From Macrostomum hystrix (taxonomy: Eukaryota; Animalia; Platyhelminthes), in the NCBI GenBank assembly GCA_950097015.1, contig CATNEN010000038.1, positions 20,522,001 to 20,586,000 on the forward strand: 64,000 nt of DNA. The letters run 5' to 3'. Below, in pieces: positions 62,701 to 64,000 of this stretch. The notes beneath the pieces are model-generated. The model worked only from the letters and a program-made list of their open reading frames with translations, did not search any database and was not told the origin of the DNA. The first letter of the stretch is position 1; each line of letters opens with the position of its first letter. The translations under genes were made by a program, and so were the position numbers.

Positions 62701-62703
62701 TTT
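56736..62703 (-). CDS. Divergent ionotropic glutamate receptor / IR-like subunit, 3' part (S1 end, M1-M3, S2, M4); exons 62703-62539, 61795-61618, 61515-61286, 61214-60992, 57112-56736; 5' exons not identified in the window
   Basis: KADIALAPLRITANRERYVDFT (S1), LFLMPFAPS|TW (pre-M1), LSPYE, GGLFVQG (pore), PKSPAIRILASVWWLFTLVTVSCYIAN (M3), FESFDELVSQSAIPYG, GNYAFLAES..EY...NCDL, LNEAILKL...KDTWW....C (S2), then M4. Phases consistent. Confidence 0.9.
57175..60978. repeat. ~41-bp G-rich minisatellite (CCACTAGAGGATGGGGAATGGGAGCAGGGGAAGAGGCTACC)n, 3.8 kb, filling the last iGluR intron
   Basis: CCACTAG recurs at 59641 and 59682; about 90 copies. Confidence 0.97.
61850..62460. repeat. 31-bp minisatellite (CTTATCCCAACTCAACTGTCAG[C/T]TGTCACTT)n in an iGluR intron
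   Basis: CTTATCC recurs at 62041 and 62072. Confidence 0.92.
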
Positions 62704-62789
62704 CTGTTGGTCCAATTAGAAATGTGCTCAAGGTCATCTTCTTAGAATAGATACTTTCAACAATCGAAATTTAAATCTCATACACACAA

Positions 62790-63312
62790 TCAAAATCCGA
62801 ATCCCATCCCTTGGCAATCCGAATCCAAATCCCGTCGCTTGACAAACGCAATCCAAATCCCATCCCTTGACAAACCAAATCCAAATCCCATCCCTTGACA
62901 AACCCAATCCAAATCCCACCCCTTGACAAACCCAATCCAAATCCCACCCCTTGACAATCTGAATCCAAATCCCATCCCTTGGCAATCCCAATCCAAATCC
63001 CGTCGCTTGACAAACCCAATCCAAATCCCATCCCTTGACAAACCAAATCCAAATCCCATCCCTTGACAAACCCAATCCAAATCCCACCCCTTGACAAACC
63101 CAATCCAAATCCCATCCCTTGACAATCTGAATCCAAATCCCATCCCTTGACAATCGCAATCTAAATACCATCCCTTGTCAACCCCAATCCAAATCTCATC
63201 AGTTGACAACCCCAATCCAAATCTCATCCCTTGACAATCCCAATCCAAATCTCATCAGTTGACAACCCCAATCCAAATCTCATCCCTTGACAATCCCAAT
63301 CCAAATCTCATT
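62790..63312. repeat. 28-bp minisatellite (CAATCCAAATCCCATCCCTTGACAAACC)n in an iGluR intron
   Basis: TTGACAA recurs at 63007 and 63035. Confidence 0.9.
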
Positions 63313-63854
63313 TGTCAATCGGAATAAAAAATGTATTTGTCGACAACCTCAATTAAAAATGTTTGTTTACAGCTTGAATTAGAATCTGAATTAGTCTTAT
63401 GCCGAATAATTAAATCCAGATCCCTTTTTCACCAATCGGAGACCAAATCTCTTCCCTTAAAAGTGTTTCATGCCCTTAATGTAATTTTTTATTTATCGAA
63501 AATTTGTGCAGTGCAATATTTAATTTTGCAAAGTTAAAATTCCCTCGAGACAACATTGTACTTTTATGGCTTGAGTACAGTTGTTGCAAATTCAAATAAA
63601 CTATGCGAACATATTTTGCTGAAAAGTTTCACTCGCACAACTCTTATCTCTCAATCATAATCCCAAGGTGGCGCATTGGGTACATGTAATGCAGTTAGTT
63701 AAGCTGTGCCAGCTGAAACTAGTAATCCAATAAAACCTACCCAGCGCCACAATAGTGGATATAACCAAATGACTATTCACAGTGGCGTGACTGTCATTAA
63801 CTAATTTAGAATGTATAGAATCTACTTATTTACGATTCAACGTATAAGGAAAAA

Positions 63855-64000
63855 TCGATGACGATTCAAAGCCTCAGGACACTTTCAATGACGATTTACA
63901 ACCTAATGACACTTTCAATGACGATTCACAACTTTATGATACTTTCAATGACGATTTACAACCTAATGACACTTTCAATGACGATTCACAACTTTATGAT
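63855..64000. repeat. 30-bp minisatellite (60-bp dimer), truncated by window end
   Basis: ACTTTCAATGACGATT recurs every 30 bp. Confidence 0.85.

Overview
Eukaryotic (metazoan) genomic DNA with GC-rich, Q/A-rich exons and AT-rich introns that are mostly filled by minisatellites. The style resembles free-living flatworms such as Macrostomum (inference only). Seven protein-coding genes can be reconstructed with in-phase GT-AG junctions: (1) a ~1320-aa acidic heptad-repeat protein (-); (2) VPS35L/C16orf62, the Retriever subunit (-, 8 exons); (3) a canonical VAP (+, 3 exons); (4) a divergent tandem VAP paralog (+, same intron positions, natural P56S-equivalent and altered FFAT pocket); (5) a single-minded-like bHLH-PAS factor (-, 7 exons); (6) an intronless SLC35C1-like GDP-fucose transporter (-); (7) the 3' part of a divergent ionotropic glutamate receptor (-). 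Non-coding content includes two tRNA-derived SINE families, a hAT-type MITE family that carries a 16-bp minisatellite, a TA-flanked MITE and more than 25 distinct tandem arrays. The most striking element is at 42032-42142: a compact Pol III-type, tRNA-like unit (A box, B box, T7 terminator) whose anticodon loop is replaced by a complete type I hammerhead ribozyme. It sits in a 337-bp terminally redundant, retrozyme-like unit antisense within a sim intron. Most long ORFs in the supplied track are artefacts of tandem repeats.
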